Both the position numbers and the translations under genes were made by a program. A stretch of 64,000 bases of DNA from Escherichia phage PNJ1902. Positions within the stretch are counted from its first letter, which is position 1. Every line of letters begins with the position of its first letter. The stretch is from the sequence record OK254197.1, one strand, 5' to 3'. Shown piece by piece: positions 1 through 8,877 of this stretch. The notes under the pieces are model-generated. The model did not search any database. It saw only the letters and a program-made list of their open reading frames with translations, and had not been told where the DNA came from.

Positions 1-1806
1 ACGACGTAATGCCATACCCTTCTCATTCAGTTCATCCGGCCCACAGTCAGATACTAGGATAGATTTCTCACCCATCTCTAGAGAAGTCTGAAGTGCAACC
101 CAAATACTGGATTCATCCGGGAACTCATAAGCATGAGCTTTTGACAGCATCTTACGGTGATGGTTGTAAAATGCAACCGGTTTATCAAAATCAATTAGAG
201 AACCGTAGGCTTCAATCGTCTCAGCACTAATATCACCATCAGATAAGATTACAGTTTTAGCTGTCATGAGGATGTCACGTAGAACTTGAATACATTCGCG
301 ACGTTGTTTAACAACGGGGGCGAATAATAGATCATTCATTACAGCGTCACATTCATCAATAAAAATGGTGTCTATTTGACCAATAAAACTCTTGAACTTA
401 TGCAAAGAGTGAATAGTTGTGGACATACGGTCAATAGCGCCACGCTTAAAATTAAGCATATCTACAGACTTATCATATTGTCCTGCACTAAATTTCTTAG
501 CATTTGAAGATACCAGCGCTCTAGTATTTGTAACTGCTAAAAAGTTGCCAGGAAGAACACCTGCGTCCAGCCATTTAGTTACTGCCGTAGTTTTACCAGT
601 ACCAAGACTTGCCTTAACAAATGTTATATGGCCTTTTGGGGGCACAATGTTAATCTTCAGGTATGGAACTTCTGGTGGAGAATCCACTTCTAATTTCTTG
701 AGTGGAACACCTTTCAGATTTAATGGAATCTCACGTTTAGAATTATTAACAAACGCTTTGAGAGCCTGCTTGCGACCGTTATTAAAGTAATCTTGAATAT
801 TACGACTATTATCTTTAGTTGCAATATATTCAGATAAAGCGGGTTTAATCTCACGTTCTAGCCATGCGAAATCAACACCATCCTCTAATGCTCTATGGTA
901 TAGTTTGGGGATAATACGCAAGTACACCCCATCCTCAGCTTCTTCCAATTCGCTGATGGTTTCTTCTACTTTATCAGACGCGATCTTTTTGCCTTTAATT
1001 TGGTCAAGTAAGGAATAGAATTCCTCTTTAAACTCTCCTCTAGTTGTTTCATAATCAACCAGATTATTGGGCAAATTTACCTTCGAACCTTTAACATACA
1101 CCAGACGTGGCTTACTCTCCGCTTTAAACGGATCTACAATACCATCGCTAAATAAAGGGTCGGCAAAATAGTGAAGCTGGACAGATGAATAATAAGCTAA
1201 GTCGGCAATGTCAAAACCGAATTTTTGCTTACTACTATCGTTGATGGATGTAAATAAGAACTTTAGCTGACCCTGAGTTACCTTGACGTTAGATTCTAGC
1301 ATTAAGTGCATTCGGATACCTGGTTTTAGGCCAGCCGAAGATGATGCATGAGCAATAAACCCTGCATCAAGAGGAAACATGTCCTCACTAATACTATTCA
1401 ACATCTTAATAATGTGGCGGGCCATGCCTACAAGATTAAACTTGTCGTACCCACCGGTATCTAGGATACCATCCACGTCCATAGCAATAATATTGCTGGG
1501 GTTGGATACATTAAAGTTACCTTTCTTACGCCGCACGTTATTTTTAGGTGCAAGACATCGACCTCGTACCGCAACGATATGAGGATCAGACGTTAAACGT
1601 CTCATAAGTGGTAACATTTCGGCAAGGCTTTGCGGGTCATGCTCTTCTATTACATCAAATTTGAAGGGCATAGAGGCTGGTTTACCTTCTGGATGCTCTT
1701 TCGAGAATCGCTTGGCAAAGGTATAATCCTCCGCTTTGATTTCTCGCCAAATACCTGTTGCTAAATCACGAGAAAATCCGGCGTGACCTTGAAGAATAGA
1801 AAACAC
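1..1806 (-). CDS. Replication-associated P-loop NTPase (helicase/primase-like), 5' portion; continues beyond window start
   Basis: Continuous minus-strand reading frame from about 1806 (GTG after AGGAGT RBS) to position 1, absent from ORF track because stop lies outside window; Walker A motif GTGKTT and DExD-like IDECD in my translation. Confidence 0.55.
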   Translation of the reverse strand, partial: MFSILQGHAGFSRDLATGIWREIKAEDYTFAKRFSKEHPEGKPASMPFKFDVIEEHDPQSLAEMLPLMRRLTSDPHIVAVRGRCLAPKNNVRRKKGNFNVSNPSNIIAMDVDGILDTGGYDKFNLVGMARHIIKMLNSISEDMFPLDAGFIAHASSSAGLKPGIRMHLMLESNVKVTQGQLKFLFTSINDSSKQKFGFDIADLAYYSSVQLHYFADPLFSDGIVDPFKAESKPRLVYVKGSKVNLPNNLVDYETTRGEFKEEFYSLLDQIKGKKIASDKVEETISELEEAEDGVYLRIIPKLYHRALEDGVDFAWLEREIKPALSEYIATKDNSRNIQDYFNNGRKQALKAFVNNSKREIPLNLKGVPLKKLEVDSPPEVPYLKINIVPPKGHITFVKASLGTGKTTAVTKWLDAGVLPGNFLAVTNTRALVSSNAKKFSAGQYDKSVDMLNFKRGAIDRMSTTIHSLHKFKSFIGQIDTIFIDECDAVMNDLLFAPVVKQRRECIQVLRDILMTAKTVILSDGDISAETIEAYGSLIDFDKPVAFYNHHRKMLSKAHAYEFPDESSIWVALQTSLEMGEKSILVSDCGPDELNEKGMALRR

Positions 1807-2427
1807 AACAATACTCCTGTGTTGGTTAATCGAAAATCTTTTCTTTAGGACTATTCAGAAAGAATAGAACAACTATTACTACTGTTTACGTAAACATCAA
1901 TTATCATCAAGCAATATGAATAAGTTATCATATCTCAGTGCTGTGCTCTCTTCGCTCATATACAGAATAGAACCTAGGTCATTGGCCGCTAAGCCGATTC
2001 TATTTGTCCTCACTATCCTATTGGTAGGTGACTACTGTACGTGCCGCCATTCGCTGCTCTTTTCGTTCGCACCCCCATATAAAGCTCTGCCTATATAACG
2101 AGCTAAATATGCACGGTTTGGATTTACCTTTCCGAATTCAGGGTACACAGATCACTTAATTGAAGATTAACTAATGCAATATAAACACTAGTAATAGTTA
2201 AAACAACCCTTAATGGGGCAGCCTAACTGTTCCGTATCGCGGATTGTAAACAAGAAAAATTAGCAAAATCAATTTTTACTAATGTCTCTCAATTCAATAT
2301 AAATATTATATCAAGATTTTGGGCATCCGGCAAGTAAAATTTTCCGGATGGTGCTATCAGTGTCTTTGAGCATAGAGAAAACCGAGCCAAAATGACTCGG
2401 TAATCAGAGTTCAGCTAATAAAAATCA

Positions 2428-2817
2428 TTAGTCATTTAATCCCGGAACATAGATCCCAACACGGCTTAACTGTTCTTTAGCTTCTGCGAGAATATCTGGA
2501 GTGTACTCCCAAATATCATCTTCCACCTGTAAAAGATGGGGCGAACAACCGTCACCAGGCACACGACATATGGCCAAACCACGTGGATGGAATATAGAGA
2601 AGTTTAGGGCAACAATTAAACCCATAGCGGACAATTCATTCCAGTCCATCTCCCACTCCCTGGCATATCCAGATAGGAAAACGCCAATGCATGGATCATC
2701 TATTTGCTGCTCAGGAAAAGTGAAGGAGGCTTGTCTTACCCCCAACCAACGTTGTAGCAGCTTCTCCGCACGTTTCACCAAACTAGGGTCAATCTGACGC
2801 CAATATACTTGTTCCAT
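2428..2817 (-). CDS. Hypothetical protein, paralog of 2827..3255
   Basis: ORF track; shares CIG...W.E.D.MGL..ALN...PGL motifs with the adjacent ORF. Confidence 0.5.
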   Translation of the reverse strand: MEQVYWRQIDPSLVKRAEKLLQRWLGVRQASFTFPEQQIDDPCIGVFLSGYAREWEMDWNELSAMGLIVALNFSIFHPRGLAICRVPGDGCSPHLLQVEDDIWEYTPDILAEAKEQLSRVGIYVPGLND

Positions 2818-2826
2818 TCTGCCTCC

Positions 2827-3255
2827 TTAAGCAGTTAAACCTGGGATCATATACCCGAAACGGCGAAGTTTCTGAATCCCCTCATTTACTTCTTCCGGTG
2901 AGTAAGACCAACCATAACGTTCATTAACCTGAAAACCAGGAGATTCACTAGTTTTATAGTTAACAACGAGGCGATGCTTAACAGGCATAAACAGCTTATA
3001 ATTTAACGCAAAAACTAAGCCCATTTCGTCTAACTCTTTCCAGCCGACAATCTCTTCAAGACCCTCCTCTACCTGAACAATTAAACCAATACAGGGAGCC
3101 TCATCAATATCATCTTTAAAAGCAAAGGAGATTTCGTTATTCTCACACCATATTTTCAAGGAATTAATAGCCTCATTATACAGGCTAGAGGGGAGAGTAC
3201 GCCAAAAGTTAACTAAAATTGGGTTAACTTCTTTAGAGAAGACATTATTGAACAT
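2827..3255 (-). CDS. Hypothetical protein, paralog of 2428..2817
   Basis: ORF track; tandem paralog pair. Confidence 0.5.
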   Translation of the reverse strand: MFNNVFSKEVNPILVNFWRTLPSSLYNEAINSLKIWCENNEISFAFKDDIDEAPCIGLIVQVEEGLEEIVGWKELDEMGLVFALNYKLFMPVKHRLVVNYKTSESPGFQVNERYGWSYSPEEVNEGIQKLRRFGYMIPGLTA

Positions 3256-3257
3256 AT

Positions 3258-3764
3258 TTACACCTTAAATTGTTGTAAGGATTTACACATTTCAAGATCT
3301 GGGCTAAATTCTAGCATATAGCTAACAGCTTTTAAATCTTGAAGATTTATCCCAGTCCTACCGTTGACTATAACCGTTGGATACTGATACATCATAGCAC
3401 CCGCATCATCAAGCACACACCAATGTTTGAGCTTATGATTTTCAACAAAGCGAAGAACAGAATTACCCCTAGATAATCCACCCCCAGTAAAATCCGTTGT
3501 ACCAAGAAAACGATCGATAAGACCTAATCTGGTCATAATCTGAACGTTCTCCATTTCATTTCTGACAGAAAACCAAGATGATACTCCAACAATCATTATC
3601 GGAGAAGGACGAATAAAGTCCTGAAAAGCCTTGAGAAGCGGTTTGAAAACCCAATCACTTCCAAAGAAAATCTTTTCATCATCAGGTGCATGATGGTGGG
3701 AGATGCTCGAATTGAGCACCCCATCAATATCTAGAAAAATAATTGGAGTATTACTTATTTCCAT
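3258..3764 (-). CDS. HAD-superfamily phosphatase-like protein
   Basis: N-terminal FLDIDGVLN (HAD motif I, DxDG) in ORF translation. Confidence 0.5.
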   Translation of the reverse strand: MEISNTPIIFLDIDGVLNSSISHHHAPDDEKIFFGSDWVFKPLLKAFQDFIRPSPIMIVGVSSWFSVRNEMENVQIMTRLGLIDRFLGTTDFTGGGLSRGNSVLRFVENHKLKHWCVLDDAGAMMYQYPTVIVNGRTGINLQDLKAVSYMLEFSPDLEMCKSLQQFKV

Positions 3765-3960
3765 TTTTGTTCCTTTCTAAGAACGTATCATACTCAACCG
3801 TATCAACATATATAACACCATAGTCATCGGATTTATAGTCCATTTCCCACAGCTCACAGCGATAGCACCAACTACCATCCGCCCACACAAATATATCATC
3901 GGGATGTGTATACACAGGTTTAACTATGGACATATCTGTTTCCCTTGCTTCTCGACACAT
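3751..3960 (-). CDS. Hypothetical small protein
   Basis: ORF track, in operon context on minus strand. Confidence 0.35.
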   Translation of the reverse strand: MCREARETDMSIVKPVYTHPDDIFVWADGSWCYRCELWEMDYKSDDYGVIYVDTVEYDTFLERNKNGNK

Positions 3961-4756
3961 AAGGTCTACCCTCTAAATGAGCTTCTACACGAGCAATAAA
4001 ATTAGGGTCACTAAAAGCATCTACCGCACCTTTACTCCAGTAGGGGATACCACGTTCTTCTAGCTGGTACATCTCACTACGAGTCATACCTTGATAGCCC
4101 GGTTCCGCCGCTAGGGCACTATCATAGTAGTTAACAACCATAAGTTTCGCAGCAGTCAAATTAAGAACAGGAAATAATTCCCAGTAGAAGTTAATTACTT
4201 GGTTAGAGCAACCAACCACAATGATCATATCTTGACTGGTAATACCATCAAAAACATTATACATTTCTGCGTATGCAGGAGCATGCTCCCCAAAGAAGAT
4301 TACATTAGGTTTAACCCATTTATAATCATCTGGGTCAATAGAATTGTATCCTACATCAATAATCCGTTTATTGCTACTATTGTAGCTATCAGCTACAACA
4401 ACCTCTTTTAAATATCCGTGAATGTGCAGAATGTCACTATGTGGAACGCCAGCACGCTCAATAAGGTCATCAACGTTGGTAGTCAAGTTTACTACTTGAC
4501 CTGGATATTGTTTATACCATTCACCAATACGCAAATGCGCAAGATTGGGTTCAACAGTTTTTAGCTCTTCACGACGCTTGTTGTAAAACATATGGGTTTT
4601 ATGGTAAAAATTACCACGAAAGGCATGAATATTACATACTTCTTCTAGGTCATAATCATCCCACAGTGCTTTACCACTAGCAGTATCAGTACGAAAAGCT
4701 CGTACACCACTTTCAACACTCAAACCTGCACCGCTAATAATAATTAATCTACGCAT
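3920..4756 (-). CDS. Sir2-family (sirtuin-like) NAD-dependent deacylase/ADP-ribosyltransferase-like protein
   Basis: GAGLSVESG...FR near N-terminus and TTNVDDLIERAG...ILHIHG resemble sirtuin NAD-binding and catalytic His motifs. Confidence 0.55.
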   Translation of the reverse strand: MRRLIIISGAGLSVESGVRAFRTDTASGKALWDDYDLEEVCNIHAFRGNFYHKTHMFYNKRREELKTVEPNLAHLRIGEWYKQYPGQVVNLTTNVDDLIERAGVPHSDILHIHGYLKEVVVADSYNSSNKRIIDVGYNSIDPDDYKWVKPNVIFFGEHAPAYAEMYNVFDGITSQDMIIVVGCSNQVINFYWELFPVLNLTAAKLMVVNYYDSALAAEPGYQGMTRSEMYQLEERGIPYWSKGAVDAFSDPNFIARVEAHLEGRPYVSRSKGNRYVHS

Positions 4757-4970
4757 TTTTCACCTGTTCTCTGAAGTTTTGCCCAATACTGTCTAATAGC
4801 TCAGCTAATTCTTTATTGCCTTTCTCCATGAAGGTATTGGCAATAACTTCTAGCATAGTAGCGCAGGATTCAACACCATCCTTATAGCCAGTCTCCCAGT
4901 GCTGCATTAATGCGTTTTCCAAAGCGGAGTTTAAACCCTTATCTGGCAGCATCAGCTTCGAGAATGCCAT
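4749..4970 (-). CDS. Hypothetical small protein
   Basis: ORF track. Confidence 0.35.
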   Translation of the reverse strand: MAFSKLMLPDKGLNSALENALMQHWETGYKDGVESCATMLEVIANTFMEKGNKELAELLDSIGQNFREQVKNA

Positions 4971-5142
4971 AAAGTTTCTCCTCTAGTTCCATAACACGAT
5001 TTTCATAAGAGGCACGCAACTTTTCAATTGCCAGCGCACGCACTGTAACCTCATTAGAATTAATAGCTAACTGGGCCAGGTCTTCTGTTTCCATACGTCC
5101 GTTGTAAATTAAGCGATATTTAAGATGTTTTACGTTTTTCAT
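4939..5142 (-). CDS. Hypothetical small protein
   Basis: ORF track. Confidence 0.35.
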   Translation of the reverse strand: MKNVKHLKYRLIYNGRMETEDLAQLAINSNEVTVRALAIEKLRASYENRVMELEEKLYGILEADAAR

Positions 5143-5151
5143 TCTTGTTCC

Positions 5152-5433
5152 TTAGTTCTGTACTGTAAACTCATTCTTATCACAGTGAGCATAATAATAC
5201 CCATACATACGATAAATTTTCACAGCCTTAGTAGACCCCTTCGATTCTTCATAATCAATCCAGAGCCACTTGTCTTTACCTACATAATGTACCCGAAACT
5301 TCTTAACTTTCTTATCATTCCATGTTGCAACAACACGACGATAATCAAATCCTCCCAACCAATCTAGAGCCTTACGTTCTTCGCTAGGCTCTCCAAAATG
5401 GGAGACATCTACTTTAGGAAGCAACTCACTCAT
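5152..5433 (-). CDS. Hypothetical protein
   Basis: ORF track. Confidence 0.4.
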   Translation of the reverse strand: MSELLPKVDVSHFGEPSEERKALDWLGGFDYRRVVATWNDKKVKKFRVHYVGKDKWLWIDYEESKGSTKAVKIYRMYGYYYAHCDKNEFTVQN

Positions 5434-5532
5434 AGCTTTCTCCTCTCAAATTTATAAATCTATTATATATAAATTTTTGGCTGAAAGCAAATAAAATAAA
5501 AGCCAGGTCGACTAGCAACCCGGCTGATTAGC

Positions 5533-7407
5533 TTATTTAGCTCGAATATCCTGATGTTTCACCCTGCCCATCACCTCGTGCTGTTTGCCGGGGTTAAATG
5601 GACGAGCACCCGGATTTCCAAGATACCCACAAACTCGACGAGTTACTTCAAGAGTTTCGGGGTCATGATTACCACAGATAGGGCACTTAAATCCATCTTC
5701 GGATGCTATTGTTTCACCTAAGAATCCACATTTACCACAAGAATCCACTGGGGTATTAATACCGAAATAATGAACCTTACTAGCAGCATAATTAATAACC
5801 CATTCCAGTGCATCTGGGAATCGTTTCATATCCGGTAGTTCTACATAGGAAATGCACCCACCAGAAGCAATAGGAGTAAAGTTAGATTCATAATCAAATT
5901 TCACATTGGGAGCAACTTTACGTTCTACATCAAGGTGGTGCGAGTTAGTGTAGTATCCTTTGGACAGAATATCTTCATGCTCTGGGAAATATTCACGGTC
6001 TAGACGACAAAAACGGTCACATAGGGATTCTGATGGTGTAGCATACAGGCTATAACCTAATTTAGTTTCTTCCTTCTTCTGATCGACTCTATCCCGCATG
6101 TATTGCAATACACGCTGAACAAACTTGATGCAGGTCTCGGACATTGTGTCTACCTCTTTGCCAAACATGAACTGTAGCATTTCATGGCAACCAATATACC
6201 CTAGAGATACAGAAGCACGGTTATAGAAATGATCGAATACATATTCATCAGGCCCCAAGCGTAACCCAAAGGCTCCTGACATATAGAGGATAGGTGCAGC
6301 TTTAGCTTGAATGTATTTTAAGCGATCAACTCTCCATTCCAACGCTTTTAATGCTGTATCCACACGTAGCTCAAGCAAATCAAAGAATAGATCAATATTT
6401 CCTTCAGCTTCGATAGCAATTCTAGGCAAGTTTACAGAAACAACACCTAAGTTATTACGACCGGCAGTTTCACCATCTTCTGTAGCAGCTAGGAATGAAC
6501 GGCAGCCCATAGAAACTTTGTAGTCTCCAGTAACCTCTACAACCTTGTCATAGCTGATATAATCTGGATACATACGTTCAGCAGTACATTTCATAGCTAA
6601 CTTCTTGATGTCATAATTAACATCTCCTGGTTTCATATTTACTCCATCACGAAGTACAAATACCAGTTTCGGGAAGATAGCTGTACGTTTATTGATACCT
6701 AAACCATCCATGCGTACTTTCAGTATTGCTTTCTGTACTAGACGTGCTTCCCAAGAAGTTCCTAGACCAAAACCAAAGGTAATAAATGGACTCTGACCAT
6801 TAGAGTTGAACATGGTATTGATTTCATATTCTAAACCCTGACAAGCGTCATAGACTTCTTTTTCAGTCATCTCCGTAGCCATTACGGATGCTTTGGCTTC
6901 ATCCTTAGTCCAACGTTTTGCAAACGCATGATTTTTATCATAGGATTTACGTACATAAGGGGCTAATACTTCATCAAGGCGATCTACAGAAGTACCACCA
7001 TACTGATGGGAGCTAACCTGAGTGATAATCTGAGCAGTAATAGCCGCCGCAGTAGTGATAGAGTTTGGAGTGCTAATTTCAGCATTACCAACCTTCATAC
7101 CATTCTTCAACATATCTTCCAGAGCTACCAGACAACAGTTAGTCATACCTAATGCAGCATAATCAGCATCATGGAAATGAATATCCCCAATCATATGAGC
7201 ATTTCGAATCTGAATTGGCATTTCTTCTAGAATCAGATACTTACTCAATTCACCTGCAAGCATATCCCTTTGTGTAGGGAAACGTTCTGAGGGTTTATTA
7301 GCATTATTAAACAGCAGCTCTTCATCTGCTGACCCTTCGATAATCTCTTTGCAGTTTCTAATTAACGCCTGCATTTCTTTATACTTTAATTCTTCATTGC
7401 GATTCAT
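5533..7407 (-). CDS. nrdD: Anaerobic ribonucleoside-triphosphate reductase (class III RNR)
   Basis: 624 aa; C-terminal glycyl-radical motif RVCGYLG and Zn-ribbon CGKCGF...CPICGN; ATP-cone-like N-terminus. Confidence 0.85.
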   Translation of the reverse strand: MNRNEELKYKEMQALIRNCKEIIEGSADEELLFNNANKPSERFPTQRDMLAGELSKYLILEEMPIQIRNAHMIGDIHFHDADYAALGMTNCCLVALEDMLKNGMKVGNAEISTPNSITTAAAITAQIITQVSSHQYGGTSVDRLDEVLAPYVRKSYDKNHAFAKRWTKDEAKASVMATEMTEKEVYDACQGLEYEINTMFNSNGQSPFITFGFGLGTSWEARLVQKAILKVRMDGLGINKRTAIFPKLVFVLRDGVNMKPGDVNYDIKKLAMKCTAERMYPDYISYDKVVEVTGDYKVSMGCRSFLAATEDGETAGRNNLGVVSVNLPRIAIEAEGNIDLFFDLLELRVDTALKALEWRVDRLKYIQAKAAPILYMSGAFGLRLGPDEYVFDHFYNRASVSLGYIGCHEMLQFMFGKEVDTMSETCIKFVQRVLQYMRDRVDQKKEETKLGYSLYATPSESLCDRFCRLDREYFPEHEDILSKGYYTNSHHLDVERKVAPNVKFDYESNFTPIASGGCISYVELPDMKRFPDALEWVINYAASKVHYFGINTPVDSCGKCGFLGETIASEDGFKCPICGNHDPETLEVTRRVCGYLGNPGARPFNPGKQHEVMGRVKHQDIRAK

Positions 7408-7436
7408 TATACTCTCCTTCTCTAACTAAGACTACT

Positions 7437-7465
7437 ATTATAACTCATTCGAGGGCGGATGTCAA
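7437..7465 (-). promoter_or_regulatory. Consensus sigma70 promoter for nrdD (TTGACA-17-TATAAT on minus strand)
   Basis: Reverse complement reads ttgaca tccgccctcgaatgagt tataat. Confidence 0.6.
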
Positions 7466-7506
7466 CAATATTTTACTATAAAGTTCTGTAACATGATCTG
7501 AGTCAA

Positions 7507-7535
7507 AAAATTTTATTTGCCAATCTCTATTAAAA
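7507..7535 (+). promoter_or_regulatory. sigma70-type promoter (TTGCCA-17-TATAAT)
   Basis: Spacing and hexamers read from sequence. Confidence 0.45.
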
Positions 7536-7657
7536 ATTGTATAATCACGCACTCGTGCACGCGATATAAAATGATTATCTAGTATCACACATCTCACGTT
7601 AAAAGCAAGCAAATTTTTTATTTAAATGCAATATCATAGGCTTATTTAAAATTGTAG

Positions 7658-7686
7658 TTGCTTTTTACTGTATATATTGGTATAAT
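7658..7686 (+). promoter_or_regulatory. sigma70-type promoter (TTGCTT-17-TATAAT) upstream of phoH
   Basis: Hexamers with 17-bp spacer. Confidence 0.55.
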
Positions 7687-7759
7687 ATATTTGTAAGTTG
7701 ATAAACAAGATCTTTTTGTTGATCCTCTGTTAGCGAAGTACACTATAGGAGTGTTATTT

Positions 7760-8512
7760 ATGGGAAAAGCACGTCAAAAAAGAGAGAACCGCAATGGTTC
7801 AAGAAAGCGTGGCAACAAATATGAGAACAACGTAATTCAGGCTGATTTTTCTAATGATTACGCTAATCCAGTTGCTAAATCCCTAGTAGGTAAAAACCGC
7901 GAGCAAAAATCATATATCAATATGATCAAGAACAACACAGTGACTGTGGGTATCGGTGAGCCGGGTACTGGTAAAACCTTTATTCCGTCCGTTCTTGCAG
8001 CTCAGGAACTCGTAGACATTCACTCAGATATTGAGCAAGTGATCCTCGTACGTCCTAATGAACCTCTAGGTAAGTCTCTTGGTATGCTTCCTGGTGATCT
8101 AGCGGAAAAGCTAGAGCCTTGGTTGGAACCAATAGCTGATGGTATGAAATGGGCCATCGGCGATCATGCATATAAGGGATATGTCGAACGTCAGAAAATT
8201 AAATTTTTGGCTATCGAACATGCTCGTGGCAGAACTTTCAACAACTCCTATGTAATTGTCGATGAAGCTCAGAATATTTCCGTTGAGGCAATGATTTGTC
8301 TCCTAACTCGTGTAGGACAAGACTGCCGTTTAATTATCTGCGGAGATATAGCTCAGAAAGACATTAAAGGTGACTCAGGTCTAGCACTCCTTATGGAAGT
8401 CTATGAAAAATACGAAAATGCCCCATTCTCAATGATCGAATTGATTGATAACGTTCGTTCTGCTGAGTCTAAAGCATTCTATGACATTTTTAAAGACATG
8501 GGGAAGGTGTAA
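7760..8512 (+). CDS. phoH: PhoH-like ATPase
   Basis: Walker A GEPGTGKTF, DEAQN Walker B-like; start moved to ATG 7760 after AGGAG. Confidence 0.75.
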   Translation: MGKARQKRENRNGSRKRGNKYENNVIQADFSNDYANPVAKSLVGKNREQKSYINMIKNNTVTVGIGEPGTGKTFIPSVLAAQELVDIHSDIEQVILVRPNEPLGKSLGMLPGDLAEKLEPWLEPIADGMKWAIGDHAYKGYVERQKIKFLAIEHARGRTFNNSYVIVDEAQNISVEAMICLLTRVGQDCRLIICGDIAQKDIKGDSGLALLMEVYEKYENAPFSMIELIDNVRSAESKAFYDIFKDMGKV

Positions 8513-8514
8513 TA

Positions 8515-8756
8515 TGGGAAACGTCGTTCATCTGAGCCGTAAAACTAAAATACATCGTACTTCACTGAGTGCTGCTAATATGATTACACGTAAGGAAGGG
8601 GAAGAAAGTCCTAAGACAACCCTAGCGTGGAAAATTGTAACCTCAAATCCAAATAAACCATTCAATTATAACGAGCTGAGCACCTCCATAGATATTCTAT
8701 TAAAAGAGGCAGCTAGAGCTAAAGTAATTGAACAAGCTAAAAAGCTAGACTGGTAA
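8515..8756 (+). CDS. Hypothetical protein
   Basis: ATG 8515 after GAAGGTG RBS; in-frame part of track ORF 8445..8756. Confidence 0.4.
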
Positions 8757-8763
8757 TATACAG

Positions 8764-8797
8764 GGCCTGGGTATGAAAATACCCGGGCCTTTTCTAT
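8764..8797 (+). terminator. Rho-independent terminator-like hairpin
   Basis: gggcctgggtat...tacccgggcc followed by T-run. Confidence 0.4.
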
Positions 8798-8877
8798 CAG
8801 AAAATTTTATTTGCCTAATGACCGATAATAAAGTAGAATATTCCTTAAATCCTGATAACTATAAAAAGGAAAGCCAA

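Noticed and set aside
8773-8877. N-terminal extension of nrdA from the track ORF start at 8773
   Set aside because: The extension runs through a terminator-like hairpin and lacks an RBS; ATG 8878 is preceded by an RBS and begins the ATP-cone domain
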